A DNA stretch of 61,931 nucleotides, the filler included. It is 7 parts of 7 records of this genome, joined end to end, with 100 filler letters (N's around TTAATTAATTAA, not from the genome) between each part and the next. Parts side by side here need not be neighbours in the genome. Positions count along the whole stretch, not along the records: positions 6,001 to 14,619 come from SRR31156797_62083; positions 14,720 to 20,324 come from SRR31156797_62234; 5 more parts are not named here. One strand, written 5' to 3'. The stretch's first letter is position 1. Each line of letters starts with the position of its first letter. Both the position numbers and the translations under genes were made by a program. Below, piece after piece: positions 10,040 to 20,297 of this stretch. Below the pieces are notes generated by a model, which saw only the letters and a list, made by a program, of their open reading frames with translations, ran no database searches and was not told where the DNA came from.

Positions 10040-10795
10040 TCACTGTGTCAGATCATTTTTCACAATTTGTAATAAATCCTTTACCCGTGCTGCATTCTTC
10101 CCAAAATCACTCACCCCAACTCGGGAGGCAGACCGAATATCGACCCGACTGCCGCCTGGTGCTGCAGCAACACGTATAACCACGTCATCTTTGAACCGAA
10201 AAACGGAAGTTATACTGACAGCTTCAATGCGCCCTTTATCCTGGTCTTGCTCGGCAACTTCCCACCCTTTATCCTGCACAGCTTTGAGACAGGCAGCATA
10301 GACAACCTCGGTCCCCTTACTGCTCATCAAGGGGGTGACATCAGGATACGCAGCAGCCTGCTGCTCAGCGATAGACTGTCCAGCATACTGCGCACTGTTT
10401 TCACCCTGCTGACGCGCAGCGGCAAGCACAGTAAAGGCTGGCGGGTTATCAGTATCGGTAGTTATATCATGGATCGGCGGCACCCCTTTGCTTTTCACCC
10501 CTAAAACCAGAATAGCCACCACCGGCAAAAGAGAGAGACCAACCGCCAAAAAAGAACTTCTCCCCCCTGTCTGCCTACCTCTTTTAAACTGCAGGTATAC
10601 AAAAAGCAGACTAAAAAAACCAATGCTTGCCATGAGCAGACTTATGATGGCTACGCAAACAAGCGCAGTACGCCAAGGAAGAAAAGCATACCTCAAACCA
10701 GCAAGACAGAAAAATATTCCTGCCAGTAACACTCCCTGGCACATTACCAGCCAACGCCCCTGCGAACTGTCCGTCTTCTCACCCACTCTCCCCAC
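10040..10795 (-). CDS. DUF1499 membrane protein
   Basis: 3 TM helices, PPIHDITTD, F.FKDDVVIRV, VDIRSASRVGVSDFGKNAARV. Confidence 0.9.
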   Translation of the reverse strand: MGRVGEKTDSSQGRWLVMCQGVLLAGIFFCLAGLRYAFLPWRTALVCVAIISLLMASIGFFSLLFVYLQFKRGRQTGGRSSFLAVGLSLLPVVAILVLGVKSKGVPPIHDITTDTDNPPAFTVLAAARQQGENSAQYAGQSIAEQQAAAYPDVTPLMSSKGTEVVYAACLKAVQDKGWEVAEQDQDKGRIEAVSITSVFRFKDDVVIRVAAAPGGSRVDIRSASRVGVSDFGKNAARVKDLLQIVKNDLTQ

Positions 10796-11137
10796 CTCTT
10801 CAAATCATTATTTATAATGGCATCGTAAAAAGCCCGATTTCCTGCGTTGTGTTTTTGAAGCCCTCGTCGATATGCGACATGTATAGCTGAAAAGACAACA
10901 AAAACACTCTGCCTTGTATATCAAATTTTCCCCATAGCCACCCAGGAACTTTGAATGGCCTTGTATAAAATTGTCGTTCATAGCACTGATATAAAAACGG
11001 CCATGGTAACTTGATCGAAAAAAATGCTGTTTTCTTGCAACCAACGTTTCTGTTACCTATAATCCATACTAAAAGAGAGGTACAGGCAACCACCCTAAAA
11101 TAAAAAGAGTATTGTAACGCTCCCTGCTTAGCAAAAA

Positions 11138-12442
11138 ATGATCGAAAATACAGGCTCAATCATTCTTAAATCTGTCAATACAGACGCAGCTCAAGGCGAG
11201 ATTATTGCCTATCTCCAGAAATACGCAAAAAATATCCCTAGTGACGAAATCCCTGGCCTTCTGCAAGAGCTCCCTCTTGTTCTGGCTAGAAACGTTCCCG
11301 AACTCACAGCCAGAAGAGTGATGGCAGAAATGCGCAGGCTCAATGCTGACCTGACATTCATCCCAGCCATGCAAGAGCAGAAAGGGCATGCGCCAGACGA
11401 AGAAAAACACAAGCAAAAGAACGGCGAAGCCCCTTCACCGGCAACACCAAAGACCTCAAGTGCCAAAATAGCAGATAAAATCGACCAGCTTTTTCCGGCA
11501 AAAAGCAAAAAAAAATGTGCAGAGTCGCTGATAATCCTCTCCATGCTCGGCATTGCATGGTTACTCAACTATACTGTAGCCTCTCAATACCTGCTGCTTG
11601 GCTTTTACAGTCTTCCTCCGGTTATAGCAGCCTATTTTTTCGGCAGACGCCATGCAGTACTGACAGCCTTTGCAAGCATTTTACTGGTCAGCCTTATATA
11701 CGTCATCAACCCTTCCAGGTTTGAAGGATCTGACCTTGTCGGATTGGGCGGAGTCGATCAATGGTATCACCTTGCCTGCTGGGGTTGTTTTTTACTGATA
11801 ACAGCGTACACCATGGGGAGTCTTTATGAAAAAATCCAGGAAAAAATAGCTGAACTGCGACACACCTACCAAGGGATACTTTTTATCCTCAGACATTTTA
11901 TTTCCCAGGATGAATACGCTGAAAACCACTGCTTCCGGGTTTCAATCTATGCAGTTAAAATCGCCTCAACAATGGGACTGCCAGAAGAGCAGCTTGAGGA
12001 CATTCGCTCAGCAGCCCTTCTGCACGATCTTGGTAACCTGCAAATCAAAAGGGAAATTCTGGAGAAAGCCTCGTCGCTCATCAAAAACAAAAACAGCGAA
12101 ACAATAATACATACTGACAAAGAAACAGAGAACCTGCCAGACTGCTCCAGAGGACCGCTCAGGAAAATTCTTCCCATGCTTATCGGGCAGCGTCAAAGCT
12201 ATCTTACAACCTACCAGAATCAAGAAAACTCTGAACAGACAACAGGCGCTGCAATCCTGGCCGTAGCAGACAGATACGACAACCTGGTCCATGAAGAATT
12301 CCATGAAGAAGTCAGCCCAGAAAAAAACGCTCGTGATGCAATTACAAGCAGCGCCGGGAAAGATTTTGACCCGGAAGTTGTCAAAGCCTTTATAACGGCA
12401 TTTGACAAAGGTGAGATGACAATTCCCGATATCATCTTATAA
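11138..12442 (+). CDS. Membrane HD-domain (HD-GYP-like, degenerate) protein
   Basis: N-terminal soluble domain, 4-5 TM helices, HCFRV, ALLHDLG, ILAVADRYD, FDPEVV; HHE..DG.GYP segment absent. Confidence 0.8.
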   Translation: MIENTGSIILKSVNTDAAQGEIIAYLQKYAKNIPSDEIPGLLQELPLVLARNVPELTARRVMAEMRRLNADLTFIPAMQEQKGHAPDEEKHKQKNGEAPSPATPKTSSAKIADKIDQLFPAKSKKKCAESLIILSMLGIAWLLNYTVASQYLLLGFYSLPPVIAAYFFGRRHAVLTAFASILLVSLIYVINPSRFEGSDLVGLGGVDQWYHLACWGCFLLITAYTMGSLYEKIQEKIAELRHTYQGILFILRHFISQDEYAENHCFRVSIYAVKIASTMGLPEEQLEDIRSAALLHDLGNLQIKREILEKASSLIKNKNSETIIHTDKETENLPDCSRGPLRKILPMLIGQRQSYLTTYQNQENSEQTTGAAILAVADRYDNLVHEEFHEEVSPEKNARDAITSSAGKDFDPEVVKAFITAFDKGEMTIPDIIL

Positions 12443-12475
12443 GACAGGCCCACTCCAGGCTCTCTCATTCCCTTG

Positions 12476-14302
12476 CTAAAGTTTCTCCCCCACGGTTTCT
12501 TCCTCCCAACGATTGCTTTGAAACCGCTGTATCTGCTCTCTATAATAACGACGATTGCCAGGGTCTAGCTGGATAGCCCGCACTTCGCTTTCCACGGCAT
12601 TTTCTATCAATCCGTTTGCCCAAAAAGCAGTAGCCAGTGTATCCAGCACAAATCCTTTTTCATCCAGCATCACTGCTGTCCGGGCAAGAGTTAAAGCCCT
12701 GGCAGGGTCACGAAGTGACTTATCTTTTGCCGTAAGCAACAACCAGGCAAGATTATTATTCACCTCAACACTGGTTGGCTTGAGTTTCACTGCTTGCTCA
12801 TAGGCTTCCACCGCCTTGCTCTCCATATTCTCACTCTGCATCAAGTCACCCAGTAAAACCGGCCACAAACTGTTCCCTGGTTCCTGACGAGATTTTTGAA
12901 GCAGAACAGCCTCAGCGTATTTCACCTCATAACCAGCAGAAATCCCCTCCAAATCAAGCTGCTGCACCGAAAAAGACAATCCTGCAACACAACAGAAATA
13001 GAGAAGCAAAAAGGCATAGACCTTTCGATCCTGGCGACCAATGGCAAACCGGTCCTGTTCACATTGCTCAAGAAATCCAATCCGTTCCCCCAGGCCAAAA
13101 TGATGCCAGTTCTTCTCCTTTCTACTGGTACCGGTGAGCACAGCAATTTTTTCAAACGATGAAATCAAATGCACCCCTGTCCCTTGTGCTCGAAACACCG
13201 AGGCATCTGCCTGTCGCTCAAAATTTCTAATAAAAAAACCAAAAATAAAACGAAAATATACAATCAGCAGCACCAGGAGGGGGAGAGTGCCAAGGACGCC
13301 CAAAAGAATATCAGGAGAAAGGGCCATCTTACCAAGCAGCCAATAATAGGTATCACTGGACAAAATAAAATGGGGCATAGGCCTGGCAAGAGTGCCAGCA
13401 AAAACACTGAACCCCAGAAAAAGAAGCACATAAAGAATCAGGTGTTTATTCTTCACGTGCCCTATCTCGTGAGCCAATACACTCTCCAGCTCTTTTTCAC
13501 TGAGTGCTTCCAGAAGTGCCGGCGTTACTAGTAAATAGCGGAACCCTGGGACAATGCCCATAATTCCGGCGGTAATCACCTGCCCTTCAAAAAGCGGCCA
13601 GTAAAGGATTTCGGACCGAAACCCCTGAGTTCGGCAGAAAGCAAGAATTTTTTCTCGAGTCTGCCCCTCGGGCACAGGTTGGCAGTCCCATAATCTGCGT
13701 ACCAGTGGCGGAAAAAAAAGAACTAGGAAAATTACAAAAACCGCAAAGAGGATCAAATCACCCCATGGTGAAACTAGTATTTTTTTTAACCCGGGGAAGG
13801 GCAGCAGCGCTAGAATATCAAAGGTTAAGGAAAGCAGCAGCCATGGCAAAACAATGGGCAGGTTAATCTTGATATTATTCAACAAAAAAACAAAGGTGGT
13901 GTATTCACGATGAAAAAGCTGTTGGTACAAAGGTCGTGCCCGATGCCATATAAGGCAGAACAAAAGGAAAAAAGCACCCAAGCCTCCCAAATTCTCTAAA
14001 ATAGGTAGTTTTCCTCCTAAAGATAACGGTTGCAGATAGTATTTTAAGTCCAAAAAATAAACCCACAGGATAAAACAACCAACAGCAATAATGGAAAGTT
14101 TTCGTTCAATGGAAAAATAGCGTACTGACTTTTCAGTTACAGTTGCTGCGTACAACTTTTTTGCAACACTACTAAAGCCCCAGAGGAGCATTCCAGAGGC
14201 AGCAAGAAATCCCCACCAAGGCATCCATGGGGATTGCACGGGCGTATTTGTGGAAAAGGTAAAGATCGCCACCAGAAAGTAAATGAGGTTGTTATAGAGC
14301 AT
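12476..14302 (-). CDS. M48 family membrane metallopeptidase with C-terminal TPR region
   Basis: Multiple TM helices, VLAHEIGH (HExxH), FERQAD; NNLAWLLLT...LDTLA TPR-like tail. Confidence 0.9.
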   Translation of the reverse strand: MLYNNLIYFLVAIFTFSTNTPVQSPWMPWWGFLAASGMLLWGFSSVAKKLYAATVTEKSVRYFSIERKLSIIAVGCFILWVYFLDLKYYLQPLSLGGKLPILENLGGLGAFFLLFCLIWHRARPLYQQLFHREYTTFVFLLNNIKINLPIVLPWLLLSLTFDILALLPFPGLKKILVSPWGDLILFAVFVIFLVLFFPPLVRRLWDCQPVPEGQTREKILAFCRTQGFRSEILYWPLFEGQVITAGIMGIVPGFRYLLVTPALLEALSEKELESVLAHEIGHVKNKHLILYVLLFLGFSVFAGTLARPMPHFILSSDTYYWLLGKMALSPDILLGVLGTLPLLVLLIVYFRFIFGFFIRNFERQADASVFRAQGTGVHLISSFEKIAVLTGTSRKEKNWHHFGLGERIGFLEQCEQDRFAIGRQDRKVYAFLLLYFCCVAGLSFSVQQLDLEGISAGYEVKYAEAVLLQKSRQEPGNSLWPVLLGDLMQSENMESKAVEAYEQAVKLKPTSVEVNNNLAWLLLTAKDKSLRDPARALTLARTAVMLDEKGFVLDTLATAFWANGLIENAVESEVRAIQLDPGNRRYYREQIQRFQSNRWEEETVGEKL

Positions 14303-14313
14303 CCAGATCCCTT

Positions 14314-14494
14314 AGGAGTTGTCCTGAAATAACTTAAACATCTCGCATCGCATATTCAGGTCATCTTTGGCAGGTCTCTAATCACAAAATCCTCAGCGTA
14401 ACACAACTACGCCTGCGGCCTTGCTCAATTAGATCATCCAAATCTCACCTGAATAAGAGCTCGATATTGTACAACTTATTTACGGACAGCTCCT
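14314..14494. repeat. 181-nt nested-hairpin element with terminal inverted repeats
   Basis: AGGAGTTGTCCTGAAATAA vs TTATTTACGGACAGCTCCT (16/19 complementary); inner pairs TATTCAGGT/ACCTGAATA, CTAAT/ATTAG, GCGTA/TACGC. Confidence 0.7.
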
Positions 14495-14534
14495 CAGCGC
14501 CAATCTCTTTTTCCGGTACTAAACGAAAAAAAAC

Positions 14535-14562
14535 TTGACGACATTATTTTTTTTGATAATAT
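14535..14562 (+). promoter_or_regulatory. Sigma70-type promoter of the tRNA
   Basis: TTGACG-N16-TAATAT with TGn extended -10, 21 nt upstream of the tRNA. Confidence 0.55.
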
Positions 14563-14583
14563 AGTATGTTTACTGACTTTTTG

Positions 14584-14619
14584 GGGCCTATAGCTCAGTT
14601 GGCTAGAGCCACCGGCTCA
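14584..14619 (+). tRNA. 5' half of tRNA with CA(N) anticodon, likely tRNA-Ile2/Met(CAT), truncated
   Basis: GGGCCTA-TA-GCTC-AGTTGGCTA-GAGC-C-ACCGG-CT-CA: acceptor, D-arm and anticodon 5' strand; third anticodon base lies in the gap. Confidence 0.85.
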
Positions 14620-14719
14620 NNNNNNNNNNNNNNNNNNNNNNNNNNNNNNNNNNNNNNNNNNNNTTAATTAATTAANNNNNNNNNNNNNNNNNNNNNNNNN
14701 NNNNNNNNNNNNNNNNNNN
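14620..14719. other. Artificial contig spacer
   Basis: N44-TTAATTAATTAA-N44. Confidence 0.99.
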
Positions 14720-17700
14720 ACCTACATCGGCACATGTGCCATCCACACAGAATTCACAGCCCGCCAGAGCACATCCATCCGCATCGCCGTGGTACTCAAA
14801 GCAGTCCGAGTCAATCACAGTAATCACTTGGGTGTCCTTCACCAGATCACTCACAAGGGCAGACACAGATACACTTCCCGGTGAATCCACCAAGAGGGCA
14901 CAGGAAACCTCTCCCGCTCCATCTGTTGGGCCGCTTGAGGGCGAGGCTTGTCCTCGGTCCGAAACAAAGGAAACAACAGCATTCTCCACAAGGGAGCCCG
15001 CAAGGTCCTTCACACAGGCTACAAGAAGGGCTTCGCTTTCTTGTGCAAGATCCCAAGGAAGCGCTGCAGGTGTATCCACGCGGAGTTCCACAATCGCAGG
15101 CAGGCCAGCCACAAGAATCGTCGTCATTGCCACAGGTGGATCGCTCACATCCTCTTCGATGCCGGTGTTGTCCACGGCTTGGGTGAAGAAACGATACGTA
15201 TGCCCATTCTCACCCTCAAACACAGCACCCTCTTCAGAAAGCATGTCCTCCCACAACTCAAAGGCACCATCGTCCATGCTCGCGTACACACGAATGCCAG
15301 CCACACCCGAGCCTTCATCCGACGATGTCCAGCCCAGCACAATGTCTGTGACATCCGTCGTTTCGTCCAATGGCCCAATGTTGGATACAGGAGGTGTTGC
15401 ATCCAGGGCGTTGCTGATCTCAGGTGTATCGATTTCCGCTTCCGAGTCGAACACAATCGTGGCACGCGAGACAATCTCATGGCCTGTTGTACCGGGTTTC
15501 TGGGCTTCAATCGTGTAGCTGACAAATCCTTCACCACTGCCCTGATCGTCATCCACAGGAAGGAATCCAACCAAGGCATTGGAGGGCAGAAGGCCTGTCT
15601 CAGGATCAATTGTCTGAAGCATGAATTGAAGCTCCTTCGCGACAACGTCGATCGTCACCACGTATTCAACCCAGATGGCAACCGAAGACCCATCCGGCAA
15701 GTCAACGGTTAGATCCTCTTGGGTGATGGGATCCTTCTTGACTCGTGTTTGATAGAACGTCTGACCCTCGGGGACAGAGAACACATGAGAGCCAAAGCCA
15801 AAGGAACCAACACGGAAACTCGCTGCAAAAACGAGGGAGTGAATGTTCCTATCAGCCAACACACCAGAGGGGGGGGGCACGTACACATCTTCGTGTCGTC
15901 ATCCAGGGTTTGAACGATTACCACCTTCTGGGCAGGTGCTGTTGCCAACTCGGGATCATTCTCAAAGCGAATGGTGAATGGCATTACAAGATCAACAGGA
16001 ATCCATCGAGCATCTCCGTATCCCGCAGGTCCAAGAATGTCGTTGGGATCACGAGGGCGAACAACGGGAACCTATTGATGATGGTTAGAGGTTGCAGACG
16101 CACACACACAAAGACGCGGCGCAGCACATGCCTCATCGGTATCCTCGGGATCGGGATCGGGATCGGGGTCCTCACAACCATCCGGATCCAACACGTTATC
16201 CAATCGAACTTCACCCGTGATCTCTTCCTCAATAATGAGTTGCGAGAAGAAGGGCACAGCCCATCCACAGAGCTGCAAATTGCGTGCCGCTGCCCCCCCA
16301 CACACACGTGTCATGATATCAAACCGGATATTCCTTCCTCTCTCTCTCTCCCCACACACCTTGATCAAACCATGACAATCCAGCATCATTAGGATCAAAC
16401 TCATACTACAAGGGGTAGGGTTAGAGAAGTCAATACAGACAAGAGATGAAGAGAGGCGCGAACCAAGTCGTTGAATTCGTAGTGCACAGTTGCCCGATAG
16501 GCCACGAGAGATCCTTCATCACAATCAGCTACCTCAACCATGGTCCATCGTATGTTCTTAATGATGCCGTTTGCTGGCTGATTGAACCCGCCAAAGGCCG
16601 TAACAAGGTCGAAACCAGGATTTGTGAATGGAATGCTGCTTCCACTCTCGTAGAATGTGAGGCGGCGACATTCGGTCAGCTGTTGAGAATTGAATGGAAG
16701 ATCGGGAAGACTGCCTGATGTATGACCGTCTGCCCGAATGCGCTGTTCCAGATCATTCTCCATGCCTGGACTGAGGTTGTTGTGAATCCTCCGCCAGGAA
16801 TACCTCGCAGCGGTGTGGCTCTTGGCACGCTGTGCTGCAAGAGAGGTAGGACCATGGGAGATGGCCGATCCCGTCTGTGAATGCGGGCGATGAGTAAGAA
16901 TAAGGAGGTGTGCAAACAACAACCACATACCCCATAAAGGAAGTGCATAAGGTGCCGTTCTCCAGTTTGGGGGAATGCAATGGCCACAGCAGTGAGAGCC
17001 AATTTCTGACCCATCAGAGTGGCCCAGCCACAGTCCCCAGAACCAGGAGGTCCTCCTCCGCGATCACGACGATCTCCATACTCATCGCGATCTATGATAC
17101 GTCGGAATCGTGCCATATGCATGTGCACGCTATCCCCTGCTTGAATAGGTACAATTCGTTTGTCAGAGGGTACAGGCCCATCATACTCGGGGCGCAGTGC
17201 ACGAGAAAGGGCTGCAAACAGGATGTCGTAGCAATTGAAGCTGTGCAAATGCTCCTCGCGACTGATCAGCCGAAGATAGTCGGAGAAGGCATCCCAACTC
17301 GTCGTGGATCCCATTTCAGCAACCACTTCTGCAACAGCATCCTGCCACACAGGCGAGATGGCGTCCACACCCATACGAGTGAACTCCCGATACAAGTCTG
17401 CTACGAAGCCCGTCTGCGCTACACGGCGTCCTACAAGCTTCAAGATGGTACCACTAGCCGGAGCACGGGCAGTCACACGAATCACAAAGCTCGTTCCTGG
17501 AGGAATGACATCCGGTGGTCCACGGGGCGGAGATGCATAGACCAGGCGATATCCCTCCACCATGTGCGAATCATATCCGGCGATGGCCATGGCAACATTG
17601 GGTATTCCAAAGACAACCAGAACCTCTGCAGGAACATCATTGATTCCCTCGTTGGCGACAGCAATCAAGTACTCAAAGAGGGCATTGGGACGGACGGCAG

Positions 17701-20276
17701 GCGGAGCAATGGTGCGAGACACAAAGTGATTCACCTGTGGAGGAAGTACAGTGAAGGCTCCCGCCAACACAGTTCGCACGGGTTCACCAGCTTCCCCTGC
17801 GTCCAATGTGCGTCCATCAGCAGCTTCGGTGTATACCATATCACACACAGGAGATTGGCATTCAGGGGCTGTAGAAAGCGAAAGGAGACAGAAATGATCC
17901 GCAGGATCATCTGTATCGCATGTTCCAATAATGCATGGCGTAGGCGTAGAGAACAAATTCGTGCAATCGTCGTCCGTCTCACACCACACATACGTATCAA
18001 TGGGTCCTTCCGTCAGAAGACTGTGTTCAAGACAATTGCACGTGGTGCTACCACAATCGTGCAGCAGATCTATTCCCGGTTCACCATATCCATCGGGAAT
18101 AGCAGGAAATCCAATATCATCTTCGTTTTGCTCCATGGCAATGTCGTAGGATTCTGGTTCAACTCCATCCAGATCGAATGTCGCATAGACAACGGAGGAA
18201 TCCTCCCAATATGTGGATACGGCCTCCAAGCGTTCACCAGCAGATTCAAGGAACACATGTACGTGTGGAAGAATCCGACCACCCTCCAGCCGCACAGTCA
18301 CCTTGCCACCTTGCCCACCTTGAACGGGAGACACATTTCGTACTTCAAACGCAAGCTCTTGCCCAACAAGGGTGACGGTCTGTCCTTGTCCACTTGTGCA
18401 GTACAACAGAATGTAGTAGTCGCCCTCATCGGCCTCGGGAATCACAACCTCCTGGTTTGCCATCAACGGACTCGAGTAGGAATAATCAAAGATACCACGG
18501 GTGGGTGGTTCCTCGTGGCGAATGTAGAGTTCGTTGTGGGCCGTGGAAGTATCACTTGTCAGAGTTACTAGAGCAGACGCGATACCCTCGGGGACGGTCA
18601 TACGATACAGCCGATATTGGTCGGCATTCAAGCCCACATCAACACCAACAGGGGGCGATACGGCTTGTAGGTTGAAAGGAAGCTCTGGAACACCGATTTC
18701 AATGGTTTCATCACTGGCTTCGCGGTTGTTTGTCCTGGGACGCACTCAGACCATCTCCATCGCGCACACACCCACACCCACACACCTATATCGCTCGTTA
18801 ATGGTATTTCGAATGTTGGTTGCAACAATTTCATGATAAGAACCGGGTGCAAGACTTGGAACCATGTGGCTGATAGTTTGATCGAACGTTTCGTCTTGTG
18901 GAATGGTGGCAACGAAGCACCTAGGTGCGACCAGGTGTCGTGAGTGCCGCAAGAAACAAAAGATGAGGCACGACAAACTTTTCAGCAAGTCTTGGATCCT
19001 CAACATCCCATTGGGCGTCAGGAGACATGAAGAGAGAGTCGCACATGTAGCCACTGGCATCGTTCCCACCAATGTTCTTGATCTTGTAGTTGACTACAAT
19101 GACATCGCCAGGCATAGCCTACACACATGGGGGTCAGTATCATCTCCCAAACGAGAAAGCGAGAGGATGCCTGCCCACCTCTGGTGGTCCGTTGATATCT
19201 TCCACAATCAAATCAACAGGAGGAGGTACGATGACTTGCACACTCCATGCGACAACATTGTCCCCCTCCTCCTCATTCTCCCACACATCGTTGCGGCTAT
19301 CAGCCTGCACAATCAGGTAATACTGTCCACTCGCTTCGCTATGAATGTTCACACTGGCTGTTTGTGTGTACAGGGTACCGGTTTCCAGTGTTCCAGCGAA
19401 TGCAACGGCCTTCAGAGTTGTGTCGCTCTTGTCAACAAACGGATCGCTCGACAGAAAAATACTATCGAACCACTGTCCGCCAGCTGCACTGGCCGTTGCA
19501 ACCCCGTTATTCGCCACGCTCCACGTTATCTCTATGGGTTGTCCAGCCGTCAGAGTGGTTGGATTGGAAACCAATTCCACAACAAGATTCGCAGCAGGAG
19601 ACAGAGCCACTTCAAGAGGGGGATCCACACGAAAGGCGACGTTGTTTGTGCGATCACCATCCAAGACCCTCTCCTTACTGTCCGTCACAATAATGAGGAA
19701 CCAAGTCCCCTCAATTCCATCCGGAAGCAGAGGGGACACGTCCAGATCGTAAGAGGCACCGCTTTCCAGGCCTCCTACGCGTGTCCACTCTGCAACAGGC
19801 AAGTCTGCTTCGGGATCCAGCGCTGTGTCTTGAGAAAGGTAAGCTGCGTCAGTCCATGAAGTGGCAAGTGTGCTTATGGGACCATCATTGATAACTGTGA
19901 ATTGGATGGAAAGAGGCTGTCCACAAACGGAGGTGGGTGAGGAAAAGTAGCAGAGGAACACATCTCAACACACGTACCTTCCCAGAATCCCCGTCTGTGG
20001 GGAATACCAGATTGGACACTCTGAGATCTGTTGCAGGTCGTCCCCCAACCAGCACACTAGTGGGGGTGGCATCAACATTGTTGCTCTCACCATTGTGTTC
20101 GTATTTCGCATCATCTACCATGTGAGGGATCAGTCCGTGCAAGAGAGAGAGAAGAGTGGATGGGCACACGCACCAACATCCACATGCACATAGAAGAAGT
20201 AACGACCCGGATTGATCGTGTTCGGGATCAGGACTGTCCTTGTGTCGGTATAGGAAGAACCAGAGGGCAAGGAGAA
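14720..20276 (-). CDS. Multi-exon eukaryotic gene (partial at both ends) for a giant extracellular CARDB-repeat/PPC/IPT/DPND-FTIRFEN/FN3/Ig-like protein
   Basis: Exons on minus strand: 20276-20174, 20114-19978, 19916-19179, 19118-18979, 18920-18786, 18734-16931, 16874-16464, 16405-16360, 16289-16132, 16071-15885, 15822-14720 = 4962 nt = 1654 codons without a stop. Junctions restore motifs such as VDVDDAKYEHNGESNN, NERYRTNN, VVRPRDPNDILGPAGYG and QTLDDDTKMSSFRVGSFGFG. Confidence 0.9.
15823..15884 (-). other. Spliceosomal intron 10 (62 nt, phase 1)
   Basis: GTACGT...GCTGAT...TTTTTGCAG; removal restores frame. Confidence 0.9.
16072..16131 (-). other. Spliceosomal intron 9 (60 nt, phase 0), probable GC-AG
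   Basis: GAG|GCATGT...CTCTAAC...AATAG; terminal TAG is an in-frame stop; alternative GT donor at 16107 gives 36 nt. Confidence 0.75.
16290..16359 (-). other. Spliceosomal intron 8 (70 nt, phase 1)
   Basis: AAG|GTGTGT...(GA)n...ATGAC...GCAG; removal gives WFDQAARNLQ. Confidence 0.8.
16406..16463 (-). other. Spliceosomal intron 7 (58 nt, phase 0)
   Basis: GTTCGC...TCTAAC...TTGTAG, canonical CTAAC branch point. Confidence 0.85.
16875..16930 (-). other. Spliceosomal intron 6 (56 nt, phase 0)
   Basis: GTATGT...TACTCAT...TTCACAG. Confidence 0.85.
18735..18785 (-). other. Spliceosomal intron 5 (51 nt, phase 2)
   Basis: AG|GTGTGT...TCTGAG...CCCAG; contains in-frame TGA; removal gives CARDB E...NN motif. 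Confidence 0.85.
18921..18978 (-). other. Spliceosomal intron 4 (58 nt, phase 2)
   Basis: GTTTGT...CACTCAC...CCTAG. Confidence 0.8.
19119..19178 (-). other. Spliceosomal intron 3 (60 nt, phase 0)
   Basis: GAG|GTGGGC...TACTGAC...GTAG; contains in-frame TGA. Confidence 0.88.
19917..19977 (-). other. Spliceosomal intron 2 (61 nt, phase 0)
   Basis: AAG|GTACGT...CCTCAC...GACAG. Confidence 0.88.
20115..20173 (-). other. Spliceosomal intron 1 (59 nt, phase 1)
   Basis: GTGCGT...(CT)n...GACTGAT...GGTAG. Confidence 0.88.
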
Positions 20277-20297
20277 CTAGTGGGAGTACCTCGGTCA

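Noticed and set aside
10808-11159. Minus-strand ORFs of 78 and 115 aa
   Set aside because: AT-rich divergent promoter region, no motifs or clear RBS, overlap with the HD gene start.
16146-16170. GGATCG hexamer tandem repeat
   Set aside because: Encodes the DPDPDPDP linker; not a CRISPR or mobile repeat.
16910-18571. 553-aa plus-strand ORF
   Set aside because: Antisense shadow of the largest exon; no recognisable motifs.
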